Positions 28,089-36,644 of a DNA stretch of 64,000 nt are shown piece after piece. Location: assembly GCA_963701305.1 (NCBI GenBank), contig OY969586.1, forward strand, positions 3,863,937 through 3,927,936, read 5' to 3'. The notes below the pieces were generated by a model. It searched no databases and was not told the origin of the DNA. It saw nothing but the letters and a program-made list of their open reading frames with translations. Position numbers and translations under genes: made by a program. The DNA comes from Candidatus Aminicenantes bacterium (GTDB lineage Bacteria > Acidobacteriota > Aminicenantia > Aminicenantales > CAVYOD01). How positions within the stretch are numbered: the first letter of the stretch is position 1; every line of letters begins with the position of its first letter.

Positions 28089-29540
28089 TTACTGTTTTTC
28101 AATTGATCGTATGATCCGCTCAAACTCAGCCTCCAATTTGGGATCGAGTGGCTCGGGCTTATGTTTCTCGAGTATGCTTTTTGCCCTATCCCGGGCCCAG
28201 CTGCGGGCGTCGTCCTTCTTCATTTCCCAGGCGCTATAAGGCCGCCGATCCATCAAGCTGTTGAGCCAGAGTTCTCTCGTATGCTTCCTGGTATGTTGGT
28301 GGGTCAGGAAGCTCCCTCCCGGCCCGACATCGCGGATGGCCTGCAGGGCGAGCCTCTCCTTGTCAACCCGGATCCCCTCCATCATCTTGGCTACGATGCC
28401 GAATATCTCGCAATCCATGATCATCTGCTCGAATGACCAGATCGTACTCCCGTTGAGCTGTCCCACGCCGGCGAGCATGTCTGCCATCACGGCCGAGGCC
28501 ATAAAAGTGGAAAGCGAGTTCTCGACACCAGCTTGCCAATTAGGCTCTTTAGCGCCGGTGGCAAACGAGCCCATGGACAGGGGAACATTGTAGAAGTCGG
28601 CCAGCTCATTGCCTGCCGCCGCGAAGAGAAAGTCCTCCGGCCCTCCTCCAGTGTAGGCGCCGCTCCGAAGGTCCATCACTGACTGAGCGGCGGCATAGAA
28701 GACGGGAGCGCCCGGATAGGCCAGCTCGATCATCGCCAAGGCGCTCAACACCTCCGCGTTGCCGACCACAAGGTTTCCTGCCATTGTCGCCGGCGCAGAG
28801 GAGGCGCAGGAGGCCATGGTCATGAATCCGACCGGGAGGCCGGCCTCGGCACCGGCCAGGGCCGCCTCCAGGCTCCCGGCGTCCTGAGCAAGTGGGGAAA
28901 CGGAGCACTCCATGATCGAGAGCAATGGCCGGAGCCGCAGGGCTTCGCGGCTGCCCGCCAGGCACACCGCCATCTCCACCGCACCCAGGGCTTCTCTTTC
29001 ATCGTAGACGCTTTCTGTTTGGACGTGTTTCGTCGAATTCTTCCAGATGGCCGAGAGCTCGTAAAGCCCACGAGTTTCGGGAGGGGCGTCCTGGGCCGAG
29101 ACCGGGACCCAATGAAGGGCCACTTCATCCAGATAGTCAGCTACTCTGGCGATGTCGGCCACATCCTTGAGACAAGAACGCCGCCTCTCGCCTGTGACGA
29201 GATCCAAAACTTCCACACCGCACCCGTCGGTTCCGACGTAGACATGATTCCCGTCCAGTGCGAGGTCGAGGCCGGGGTCACGCGCGGCGAGAACATAAGT
29301 GGGCGGAGCTTTTTTCAGCGCTTCTTCAATAAGCCGCCCAGGCACTTTGACGATCATTGAGCTCCTGTCCACCTTGGCGCCGGCCTCTTCCCAAATCTTC
29401 ATCGCTTTGATAGAGGGAAACCTCACGCCAACCGCTTCGATCGTCTCGAGCGTTGCCAGGTGGATTTTCCGGATGTCTCCGGGGCTTAGAACACTCAGCT
29501 TAAGACGAGGGTTTGAAATCGATTTTATTTTTCCTGGCAT
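28089..29540 (-). CDS. MttB-superfamily (trimethylamine methyltransferase family) protein without pyrrolysine
   Basis: Uninterrupted ORF of typical MttB length with no in-frame TAG. ATG 29540 (MPGKIKSISNPRLKLSVLSPGDIRKIH...) follows GAAGGAA. The track start at 29579 is 13 codons upstream. Confidence 0.8.
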   Translation of the reverse strand: MPGKIKSISNPRLKLSVLSPGDIRKIHLATLETIEAVGVRFPSIKAMKIWEEAGAKVDRSSMIVKVPGRLIEEALKKAPPTYVLAARDPGLDLALDGNHVYVGTDGCGVEVLDLVTGERRRSCLKDVADIARVADYLDEVALHWVPVSAQDAPPETRGLYELSAIWKNSTKHVQTESVYDEREALGAVEMAVCLAGSREALRLRPLLSIMECSVSPLAQDAGSLEAALAGAEAGLPVGFMTMASCASSAPATMAGNLVVGNAEVLSALAMIELAYPGAPVFYAAAQSVMDLRSGAYTGGGPEDFLFAAAGNELADFYNVPLSMGSFATGAKEPNWQAGVENSLSTFMASAVMADMLAGVGQLNGSTIWSFEQMIMDCEIFGIVAKMMEGIRVDKERLALQAIRDVGPGGSFLTHQHTRKHTRELWLNSLMDRRPYSAWEMKKDDARSWARDRAKSILEKHKPEPLDPKLEAEFERIIRSIEKQ

Positions 29541-29613
29541 CGTCGTTCCTTCTCTACCCCTAGATTTCTGATATATCACTTAATTCTGCATTGGAAATAA
29601 CCAGGCATCCTCG

Positions 29614-29663
29614 GGGAAGGATGGGGCCCCCGGCCCGCCCCTGTGCAGGGGCCCCATCCTTCC
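29614..29663 (-). other. GC-rich 17-bp perfect inverted repeat between the permease and MttB genes
   Basis: GGGAAGGATGGGGCCCC (29614-29630) and GGGGCCCCATCCTTCCC (29647-29663) flank a 16-nt loop. No U-run follows it on the transcribed strand. Confidence 0.5.
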
Positions 29664-29695
29664 CAGGCGCAGATTTTAATCACCATGATTTTCGC

Positions 29696-31117
29696 TCATC
29701 CTCCTTCTGCGGTGGCTCTGGATTTCGCCGCCTTCCTCCGCCAATAAAAATAGGCCGGGATGCCCAGGCAGAGAATAAAGAACCCGATCAGCGATTTCCT
29801 CGGCTGGGCGATGACCGTATTCAAGAAGATCCAGATATTGATCCCCACCCAAAAAACCGGGAGGATCGGATAACCCCAAGCTCTATAGGGCCGCGGCCTG
29901 TCCGGTTGTTTGTGCCTGAGGACAATGATGGAGAGACCGGTCGCCGCAAAAAAAATGACCAAAGCAAAAACAACGAATTCATAGAGATCCTGGTATGTTC
30001 CGGTCAAGCAGAGAAGGCTGGACCAGATGGCCTGACCGATAAGAGCAGCGGAGGGCACATGGTACTTCGGATGGATTCGGGCCATGCTCTTAAAGAAAAG
30101 GCCGTCTTCGGCCATGGCGAAATAGACCCGCGGTCCGAAAAGAATGTTAGCACTCAAACAGCCGAAGATGGAGACAAGGATGGCCGCCGAGATGACGGAA
30201 GTCGCCGCCGGTCCGAAGAGTTGAGTGGAAGCCAGCTCGCCGACCCGGGCAACGCCCTTCATCTTCTCCACAGGAAGGGCCAGGACATAGACGACGTTGA
30301 TGAGGAGATAAGTCACAGTGATCGCCAGCGTGCCCAGGATGAGGCCCAGGGGGAGGTTCCGCTCCGGCTTCTTGATCTCCTCGGCCGTACAGTTGACGGC
30401 GTACCAACCGTCATAGGTCCACAGGGCCGCCATGAGCGCCAGTCCGAAGTATTTGATCGTCCCGAGTCCAAATCCAGGGCCCCCGGAAAAAAGTTGACTC
30501 AGGCTTGTTACCCCCGCTTTCTTTCCAAGGAGGAAGCCGAAAAGCACAATGGCAAAGACCGAGCCGATCCTCAGAAAAGTGAAAACATTCTGGACCACGA
30601 CACCAGTCTTGATCCCGATATAGTTGACTGCGGTGAGGAGAATGATCGAGGCCGCGGCGACCAACTGGCCGGCCGAAAGAGAATAGGGGAGGCCGAATAA
30701 ACTCGTCTTGATCAAAACCGCCTGGTTGGAGATCGCGGGGAAGAAATATCCGAGGAATTCGGCAAACCCGACGGCTAGGGCGGCAATCCCGCCGCACATG
30801 ATGAACCAAAAGAATCCCCAGCCGTAGAAATATCCGGCGAAAGGTCCATAGGCTTCGCGGATATAGATGTATTGGCCGCCGGCTTGAGGATACATCGCTC
30901 CCAGCTCGGCGCAGGAGAGAGCCCCGCACAAGGTGATAAATCCTCCGACAATCCAGACGAGAAGGAGCAGACCCGGAGAGGGAAGTCCCTGGACCATAAA
31001 GCCAGAGGTCATGAAGATCCCGGAGCCGATAACCGAACCTATAACCAGAAAGGTTGTATCGAGAAGATTCATCTTCCTTAAGAGATGAGGCTTGCCGGCG
31101 TTTTCAGTGTTGGCCAT
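29696..31117 (-). CDS. APC superfamily amino acid permease
   Basis: 473 aa, polytopic, with an N-terminal GSVIGSGIF motif. Confidence 0.85.
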   Translation of the reverse strand: MANTENAGKPHLLRKMNLLDTTFLVIGSVIGSGIFMTSGFMVQGLPSPGLLLLVWIVGGFITLCGALSCAELGAMYPQAGGQYIYIREAYGPFAGYFYGWGFFWFIMCGGIAALAVGFAEFLGYFFPAISNQAVLIKTSLFGLPYSLSAGQLVAAASIILLTAVNYIGIKTGVVVQNVFTFLRIGSVFAIVLFGFLLGKKAGVTSLSQLFSGGPGFGLGTIKYFGLALMAALWTYDGWYAVNCTAEEIKKPERNLPLGLILGTLAITVTYLLINVVYVLALPVEKMKGVARVGELASTQLFGPAATSVISAAILVSIFGCLSANILFGPRVYFAMAEDGLFFKSMARIHPKYHVPSAALIGQAIWSSLLCLTGTYQDLYEFVVFALVIFFAATGLSIIVLRHKQPDRPRPYRAWGYPILPVFWVGINIWIFLNTVIAQPRKSLIGFFILCLGIPAYFYWRRKAAKSRATAEGG

Positions 31118-31132
31118 GATTTTATTTACCTT

Positions 31133-32095
31133 TCAAATCCTCAAGACCTTGGCCAGGACATCCTCGGGCATCGGCTTGACCGTCCGGCCTTGCCTTCCGG
31201 ATAGGGCCGTGGCCTTGGTCAGGGAATTGAGGATGGATTCCTGGACCGCCTCGGAACAGGCGGCGGAGATCCTCTCTAACCAAGAATCGTCGACCATCAG
31301 GTAATCAAAAACAAAGGGCCTTTCTCCGACCATGCTCATGGCATTCGCCGTAGAAAAGAAGATTCCGGATACAGACTCGGCCGGGTTCATCTTAACCTGC
31401 GTTGGCCCCAAGCCGGCTAGAACCGAGCGTAGGACCTGGCGAATCTGGTGAGGAAACAAGGGGACGTCCGTTCCCATGACCAGCGATAGGGAGCCCTCGG
31501 CGAAATCGCTGTTCCCGTGGTTGGACGCCGCCAGGACGCCACAGGTGAATTCTTGTCTGCCGATCAAGAGCCGGCGTGAGGATGTTCCGATTCCGCCCTT
31601 CCAATCAAAAGCACGCAGTCCGACGCCCACGCCCACCGAACCCTGCTCCACTTTTCCGTCTTTGGCGTTGGAAAGGGTCTGCAAAATTTCTTTCTCATCA
31701 AAAGAGAACTTAGTCATTTCGTTAAGATAAGAGTCATTCAGGCCAATGACCACGGGCGGCCAGACTTCGTCACGGTTCAGAGAAAAGCCGTAGGAGAGAA
31801 CTGCATTATAGGCCCGGCCGACATTGAACGAATTCGTGATCACGACGGGAGAATTCAGATAGCAAAAATCGTCCAGGACCTCGTAGCCTGTCATCTCCCC
31901 ATTTCCCTTGAGGCAAAGATTAGCGCAAAAAAGACGAAGCGGCTTCTCCATCGGATAGGGGATGACGGCCGTCAGCCCGGTCCTGATCGCGGCTGCGCCG
32001 CCGGCCGGCCCGGGGAGGTCTTTTTCGATCGTCAGATGAGCGACCTTAACGCCTTTGACATCGGTGATCGCGTTATCCATGGATCTTGGCTCCAA
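31133..32095 (-). CDS. DmpA/BapA (S58, P1) family aminopeptidase, no signal peptide
   Basis: 320 aa. Family motifs KGGIGTSS and a probable autoprocessing site EG/SLSLVMGTDVPL. Confidence 0.7.
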   Translation of the reverse strand: MEPRSMDNAITDVKGVKVAHLTIEKDLPGPAGGAAAIRTGLTAVIPYPMEKPLRLFCANLCLKGNGEMTGYEVLDDFCYLNSPVVITNSFNVGRAYNAVLSYGFSLNRDEVWPPVVIGLNDSYLNEMTKFSFDEKEILQTLSNAKDGKVEQGSVGVGVGLRAFDWKGGIGTSSRRLLIGRQEFTCGVLAASNHGNSDFAEGSLSLVMGTDVPLFPHQIRQVLRSVLAGLGPTQVKMNPAESVSGIFFSTANAMSMVGERPFVFDYLMVDDSWLERISAACSEAVQESILNSLTKATALSGRQGRTVKPMPEDVLAKVLRI

Positions 32096-33272
32096 TTCTT
32101 CCGTGCTTTTTCATGATCTCCTCGACCTGATCAACCGGCAGGCCGTAGGATGTATTGCCGTCGCGGCCGACCGTTGTTTCGGCCATGCACAAAGCATTGA
32201 GGATCGCCTCCTGGGTTGCATCGACCGTGGCCTGATAAAGGGGCGTGATCGAAAGATCGTTGATTCCCTTGAGGCTGTGGAAGTCGGTCTGCCCGGCTCT
32301 CGGAATTCGGTAGGCCGTGGAAAAGGCGAGGATGATGTCGCCGCTTCCCGTGCTCGAGATCGCTCCTGTCTGAGCTAACCCCATGGCCACTCTTTTTCCG
32401 ATCTTCCTGAGCTGAAAGGGAAGGAGGGGCGCATCCGTCGCGGCCAAAAGGATGATCGACTTTGTCTTCCCCGCCTTTTCTTTGAAACCGACGATCTCAT
32501 TTCCGACCGGGACTCCATCGATCCGGAGCTGGTTCCGGCCGGCTGTATTCGTCATGACCAGGACGCCCACCGTGTTTTGGTTCTTTGTGCGTCGCGAAGA
32601 AGTGCCGATCCCGCCTTTGAAACCGAACGACGTCATCCCGATGCCTCCGCCAACGGCGCCTTCCGCGACGGCCCCGCTTCGCGCGCTTTCGATGGCCTTC
32701 ACGACATCCGCTTCCGTAATTTGGCGGCTCTCGGTGTGGCTCAGGAAATCGTCAAAGCATTCGGCTACTACCGGATAAGCCATCGCCTCCTTGTCACCCA
32801 TCTCCGGGTTCAGCCCGCAAAGATATTTTGTCGCCGCGCTGAGGACGATGCCGACGTTATACGTCCCGGTCAAGAAAACAGGCGTCTTGAGCAACCCTGT
32901 ATTTTCGAGAGCCGCGATCCCGGTCATTTCGCCCCAGCCGTTCTGGATGAAGCAGGAGGCAAACAAATTTTCCCGGTAGACGTTGTCGGAATGAGGAAGG
33001 ATGACGGTGACCCCCGTCCTCACCGCTCCCCGGCCTTGGCCTTTGATGATTGTCGTCTGACCGACCCGGACGCCTTCAACATCGGTGATGGCGTTTAAGG
33101 GGCCGGGTTCGAGACTCCCGATCCGGATCCCCAATTCGCGAAGCCGACGTCGCTTGCCGCCAGAGGACGCGACGCGCTTTTCAGACTCTTGCAGGATCTC
33201 CTCGATCAGGTTTGTCCCGGGGAGAATGGAAAAGCTCAAAATCGAGTTCCGTAGAAAATCGCGGCGTTCCAT
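32073..33272 (-). CDS. DmpA/BapA (S58, P1) family aminopeptidase with Tat-type signal
   Basis: 399 aa. N-terminal MERRDFLRNSILSF. Family motifs KGGIGTSS and SIILLAATDAPL. SD AAGGAG lies upstream. Confidence 0.75.
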   Translation of the reverse strand: MERRDFLRNSILSFSILPGTNLIEEILQESEKRVASSGGKRRRLRELGIRIGSLEPGPLNAITDVEGVRVGQTTIIKGQGRGAVRTGVTVILPHSDNVYRENLFASCFIQNGWGEMTGIAALENTGLLKTPVFLTGTYNVGIVLSAATKYLCGLNPEMGDKEAMAYPVVAECFDDFLSHTESRQITEADVVKAIESARSGAVAEGAVGGGIGMTSFGFKGGIGTSSRRTKNQNTVGVLVMTNTAGRNQLRIDGVPVGNEIVGFKEKAGKTKSIILLAATDAPLLPFQLRKIGKRVAMGLAQTGAISSTGSGDIILAFSTAYRIPRAGQTDFHSLKGINDLSITPLYQATVDATQEAILNALCMAETTVGRDGNTSYGLPVDQVEEIMKKHGRIGAKIHG

Positions 33273-33324
33273 TTTCTATCTCCTTGAATGATACCGCTAG
33301 TTCCACATCGGCGTGATTTTTCCA

Positions 33325-33353
33325 ATTGTAGGTTTTCGCTAAAAAAAAATCAA
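33325..33353 (-). promoter_or_regulatory. Possible promoter of the DmpA-permease-MttB-M14 operon
   Basis: The minus strand reads TTGATT-N17-TACAAT, about 50 nt upstream of ATG 33272. Confidence 0.35.
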
Positions 33354-33483
33354 AACATTTTTCCCGACGTTCCGGACAAAGCCTTAGCCTGGCGCGGGCT
33401 CGTATAGACGGGGAGCGTCAATCTCTAAAAAGTCAGAGGATGCATCTCGGAGGCGATCGATCATTTAGGAAGATAAAAAAAGC

Positions 33484-33512
33484 TTGACATGATAGGACAA
33501 AAATGCAAAATT
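33484..33512 (+). promoter_or_regulatory. Possible promoter of the TonB-dependent receptor operon
   Basis: AGCTTGACATG context with TTGACA-N17-AAAATT (weak -10). It would give a leader of about 175 nt. Confidence 0.35.
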
Positions 33513-33694
33513 GTTTTCGGCTAGCAAATTAAAAAGGGGAATGACCCCATTCCTATGCGTATCCGGGATAAGAGATTGAATTTCCGTCCAGGCTATTTAT
33601 TTCTTCACTTGCTCCGGAAAGGGGGTGATGCGCTGATTCAAGCAGTCGTTAATCCATTTGGTCTCAGGCTCTATTAATATCAAAGGAGGATTCA

Positions 33695-36388
33695 TTGAAG
33701 GGTACTAAATTTTTAAACATCGTCTTATTGAGTTTTATGGTCATGCTTCTCGTCGCCGATCCAGCCTTCGCCCAGAAACGGACCGGGACGATCCGCGGCA
33801 CGGTCAAAGATGAGGCCGGGGAGCCTCTGCCCGGAGTGATGGTAGAATTGAGAGGCGAGGCCATGATGGGCATCAAGTCGGCCACAACCGATGCCGGGGG
33901 ACAGTTCATTTTTCTGGCTCTCCCCATCGGTGCAGACTACTCGATCACGTTTACGCTGCAAGGGTTTCAGCCTTTGACAAGCAAGAACCATCAAGTCACG
34001 ATCGGGGGAACGATTGTTGTCGATATCGTGCTCAAGCCAGTCAAACTTGCGGCGGAAGTGACGGTCATTGCCACATCACCCCTCGTGGATGTGGAAAAAT
34101 CCAGTTTCTCCTCTACCTATGACTCTAAGACCCTGGATACGCTGCCCACCAGGAGGTACACGTTCTTCGACATGGTCCAGGCCTCGCCTGGCATTACGAA
34201 TGCTAGCCCCGAAGATTCTCGGGCCAGTGCCTTCGGAAGCGAGCGAAAGTCGAATGCCTATTACATCAATGGAATCGACATTTCGGCTCCCTCCACAGGT
34301 GCGGCTTGGCCCTGGCCGATGCCCGATATTATCCAGGAGCTGGAGGTTACCGGAATAGGCGCTCCTGCGGAATATGGCAATTTCGAGGGAGCCGTCATCA
34401 ATGTCGTCAGCAAATCAGGTTCTAATACTTTCCACGGCGCCGTTAAGTATTTCATGCAGACGGATTCGTTAACGTCCAGCAATACGCCTAATGAGAAATG
34501 GCCCTTCCACCGCGACCACTGGCATGACGCCGTCTTCGTCCTGGGGGGACCGATCGTTAAGGACAGGCTGTGGTTTTTCGCCTCCGTCCAGCATCAAGTG
34601 GACAGCAGTTCCGGGGTTGGGGCAGATCCCCAATATCCAGTCGAGTACAGGATGGCGCCTACGGGGGATGTCAAGATCGACTACCAGCTTAACAAAAGCA
34701 ATAAGTTAAGTTTCTTTGCCCACTATGAAAATTATAAAAGCCCCTCAACGACCACGCAATTCTCACCCATTGAAACGGTCAGCTTTGAAGCGGCGCCGGC
34801 CGTTGCACCCACTCTGGAATGGCTCCATATGATAAGTGACACGACCTACTTTGAGGTCAAGTACGGCGGCTTTTACACCTACCTGAAATGGGACCCTGTC
34901 AAGGGCAACATGACAACCCCAGGGCACACCGATTGGGGAACCGGGTACGACTCAGTCAACGCGCGGACTTTTTACCATTGGAAGACAAACCGCACCCAGG
35001 CCAATGCAAACATTTCGCATTACGCCCACGATTTCTTGAAAGGCGATCACGAGTTCAAGGCCGGAGTCCAATACAGTCATGGATATTCTGATTTCATCTA
35101 TGGTTATATCGGAGGAGTGGAATACTACGACTGGATGAATGAGCCCTATGTCGCTTATTTTCGCAACCCTTCCCACTACGGCGGGATGACAGATCAGTTG
35201 GGGATTTTTGTCGACGACAGTTGGCAGATATCAGACAGGCTGACCGCTAACCTGGGGCTGCGCTTTGACTACAACCATGCTTCTATCCCCGCCTTCGATG
35301 AGCTCGACATGTTTGAAAAGCCCACCGGAAACAAGATTCCCGGGATCCCCAATGTGGCGAACTGGAAACAAATATCCCCCAGAATCGGGATAAACTACCA
35401 ACTGACATCGGACAGAAAGACCATCCTTCGGGCATCTTATGGCCGCTACACGAAGGGCCTGATCATCGGAGACATCGAGGCAGCCACGCCTGCCCAGGGG
35501 ATACTTTCCGTCTATGCCTATAACCCCGCAACTCAAGCTTACGATCAATTGATCTACACAAGGAATCCCCTGACGGATATAGGTATCGACAAAGACCTGA
35601 AGGCGCCTTATACGCACCAATTCTCCGTCGCCCTGGAGAGGGAAATCTTTCAGGACTTCTCCCTTTCGGCAACTTACGTCTACAAAATCAGCAAGAACCG
35701 GATCGATAGGCTCAATACGCTCGCCCAATACGAGCAGATACCGTTCGTCGACCCCAGCACCGGGAACACGATCATGGTCTACAACCAGCTTGAGCCTCTT
35801 CAGAATTTCTATCAGATTACCAATCCGGGAGATGAGATAACCTACAACGGCCTGATGCTCGTCGCCAACAAGCGCTTCTCCCATAATTTCCAGCTCTATT
35901 CTTCGTTCACCTGGTCGAAGGCCTGGTGGAAGCCTAAGGGCTATCGTGACAAGAACGAACTCATCAATTCCGAAGGCCCTTTAAGAATCCTGGAAGCCCG
36001 CGATAGGAGGTGGATGTTCAAGATGGGCGGCGTTTACATGGCCCCCTTCGGCATCGTCCTCGGAACGAACCTCATCTACCAGCAGGGCTCACCCTGGGAG
36101 AGGACAGTCCTTGTGCCGGGGCTCAACCAAGGTCCAAAGTTTATCAGGCCTGAGCCGCGTGGGAGCCGCCGGACGCCGGAACAACTTTATTTCGACGTTA
36201 AAATTGAGAAAATATTCAGGATAGCGAAAAAATACTCGGTGGAGCTCAGTGGCGACATCATCAACGTTTTGAATAAAGATACCAATCTGAACTATGCAAG
36301 CACGCTGATTGAGAGCCCGAGTTGGATGATTCCCACCAGCATAATAATGCCCAGAAGAGCCATGCTTGGCTTGAAACTTGTCTTTTAA
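33695..36388 (+). CDS. TonB-dependent receptor with N-terminal carboxypeptidase-regulatory-like domain
   Basis: 897 aa. TTG start after AAGGAGG. Signal peptide ending in AFAQ. CarboxypepD_reg-like segment GTIRGTVKDEAGEPLPGVMVEL. The C-terminal residue is F, as is typical of OM barrels. Confidence 0.8.
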   Translation: MKGTKFLNIVLLSFMVMLLVADPAFAQKRTGTIRGTVKDEAGEPLPGVMVELRGEAMMGIKSATTDAGGQFIFLALPIGADYSITFTLQGFQPLTSKNHQVTIGGTIVVDIVLKPVKLAAEVTVIATSPLVDVEKSSFSSTYDSKTLDTLPTRRYTFFDMVQASPGITNASPEDSRASAFGSERKSNAYYINGIDISAPSTGAAWPWPMPDIIQELEVTGIGAPAEYGNFEGAVINVVSKSGSNTFHGAVKYFMQTDSLTSSNTPNEKWPFHRDHWHDAVFVLGGPIVKDRLWFFASVQHQVDSSSGVGADPQYPVEYRMAPTGDVKIDYQLNKSNKLSFFAHYENYKSPSTTTQFSPIETVSFEAAPAVAPTLEWLHMISDTTYFEVKYGGFYTYLKWDPVKGNMTTPGHTDWGTGYDSVNARTFYHWKTNRTQANANISHYAHDFLKGDHEFKAGVQYSHGYSDFIYGYIGGVEYYDWMNEPYVAYFRNPSHYGGMTDQLGIFVDDSWQISDRLTANLGLRFDYNHASIPAFDELDMFEKPTGNKIPGIPNVANWKQISPRIGINYQLTSDRKTILRASYGRYTKGLIIGDIEAATPAQGILSVYAYNPATQAYDQLIYTRNPLTDIGIDKDLKAPYTHQFSVALEREIFQDFSLSATYVYKISKNRIDRLNTLAQYEQIPFVDPSTGNTIMVYNQLEPLQNFYQITNPGDEITYNGLMLVANKRFSHNFQLYSSFTWSKAWWKPKGYRDKNELINSEGPLRILEARDRRWMFKMGGVYMAPFGIVLGTNLIYQQGSPWERTVLVPGLNQGPKFIRPEPRGSRRTPEQLYFDVKIEKIFRIAKKYSVELSGDIINVLNKDTNLNYASTLIESPSWMIPTSIIMPRRAMLGLKLVF

Positions 36389-36404
36389 GGATTCTGCCGG
36401 ATTA

Positions 36405-36441
36405 GAAATCGAGGGAGGTTCTTATCCCCTCCCTCGATTTC
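36405..36441 (+). terminator. Stem-loop terminator after the TonB-dependent receptor gene
   Basis: GAAATCGAGGGAGG (36405-36418) pairs perfectly with CCTCCCTCGATTTC (36428-36441) across a 9-nt loop. It is followed by the palindrome CCCTCCGGAGGG and a T-rich stretch. Confidence 0.55.
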
Positions 36442-36644
36442 GTCCCTCCGGAGGGGGAGACTTCTTTTCCTGGACAAGCGAAGTATGTGTCTGATTTTTT
36501 TTATGAATTTTGGTAAAAAACTCCCGTCCCCAAGTCTTTGCAGACATTCATTCGTCCCTTAGATTCAGCCGTACAGGTCTGTCCAGGGAGTTTTCCCGAG
36601 TTCGAATTGAAGAATCGGCCTTTTAAAGCAAGGAGAAAATATCG

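Noticed and set aside
28089-29579. Possible pyrrolysine (in-frame TAG) in the MttB homologue.
   Set aside because: The ORF is continuous at normal MttB length with no internal TAG, and no pyl genes are visible in the window.
33513-33694. Cobalamin riboswitch in front of the TonB-dependent receptor.
   Set aside because: No B12-box-like sequence or conserved core was recognised. It is retained only as a low-interest long-leader observation.
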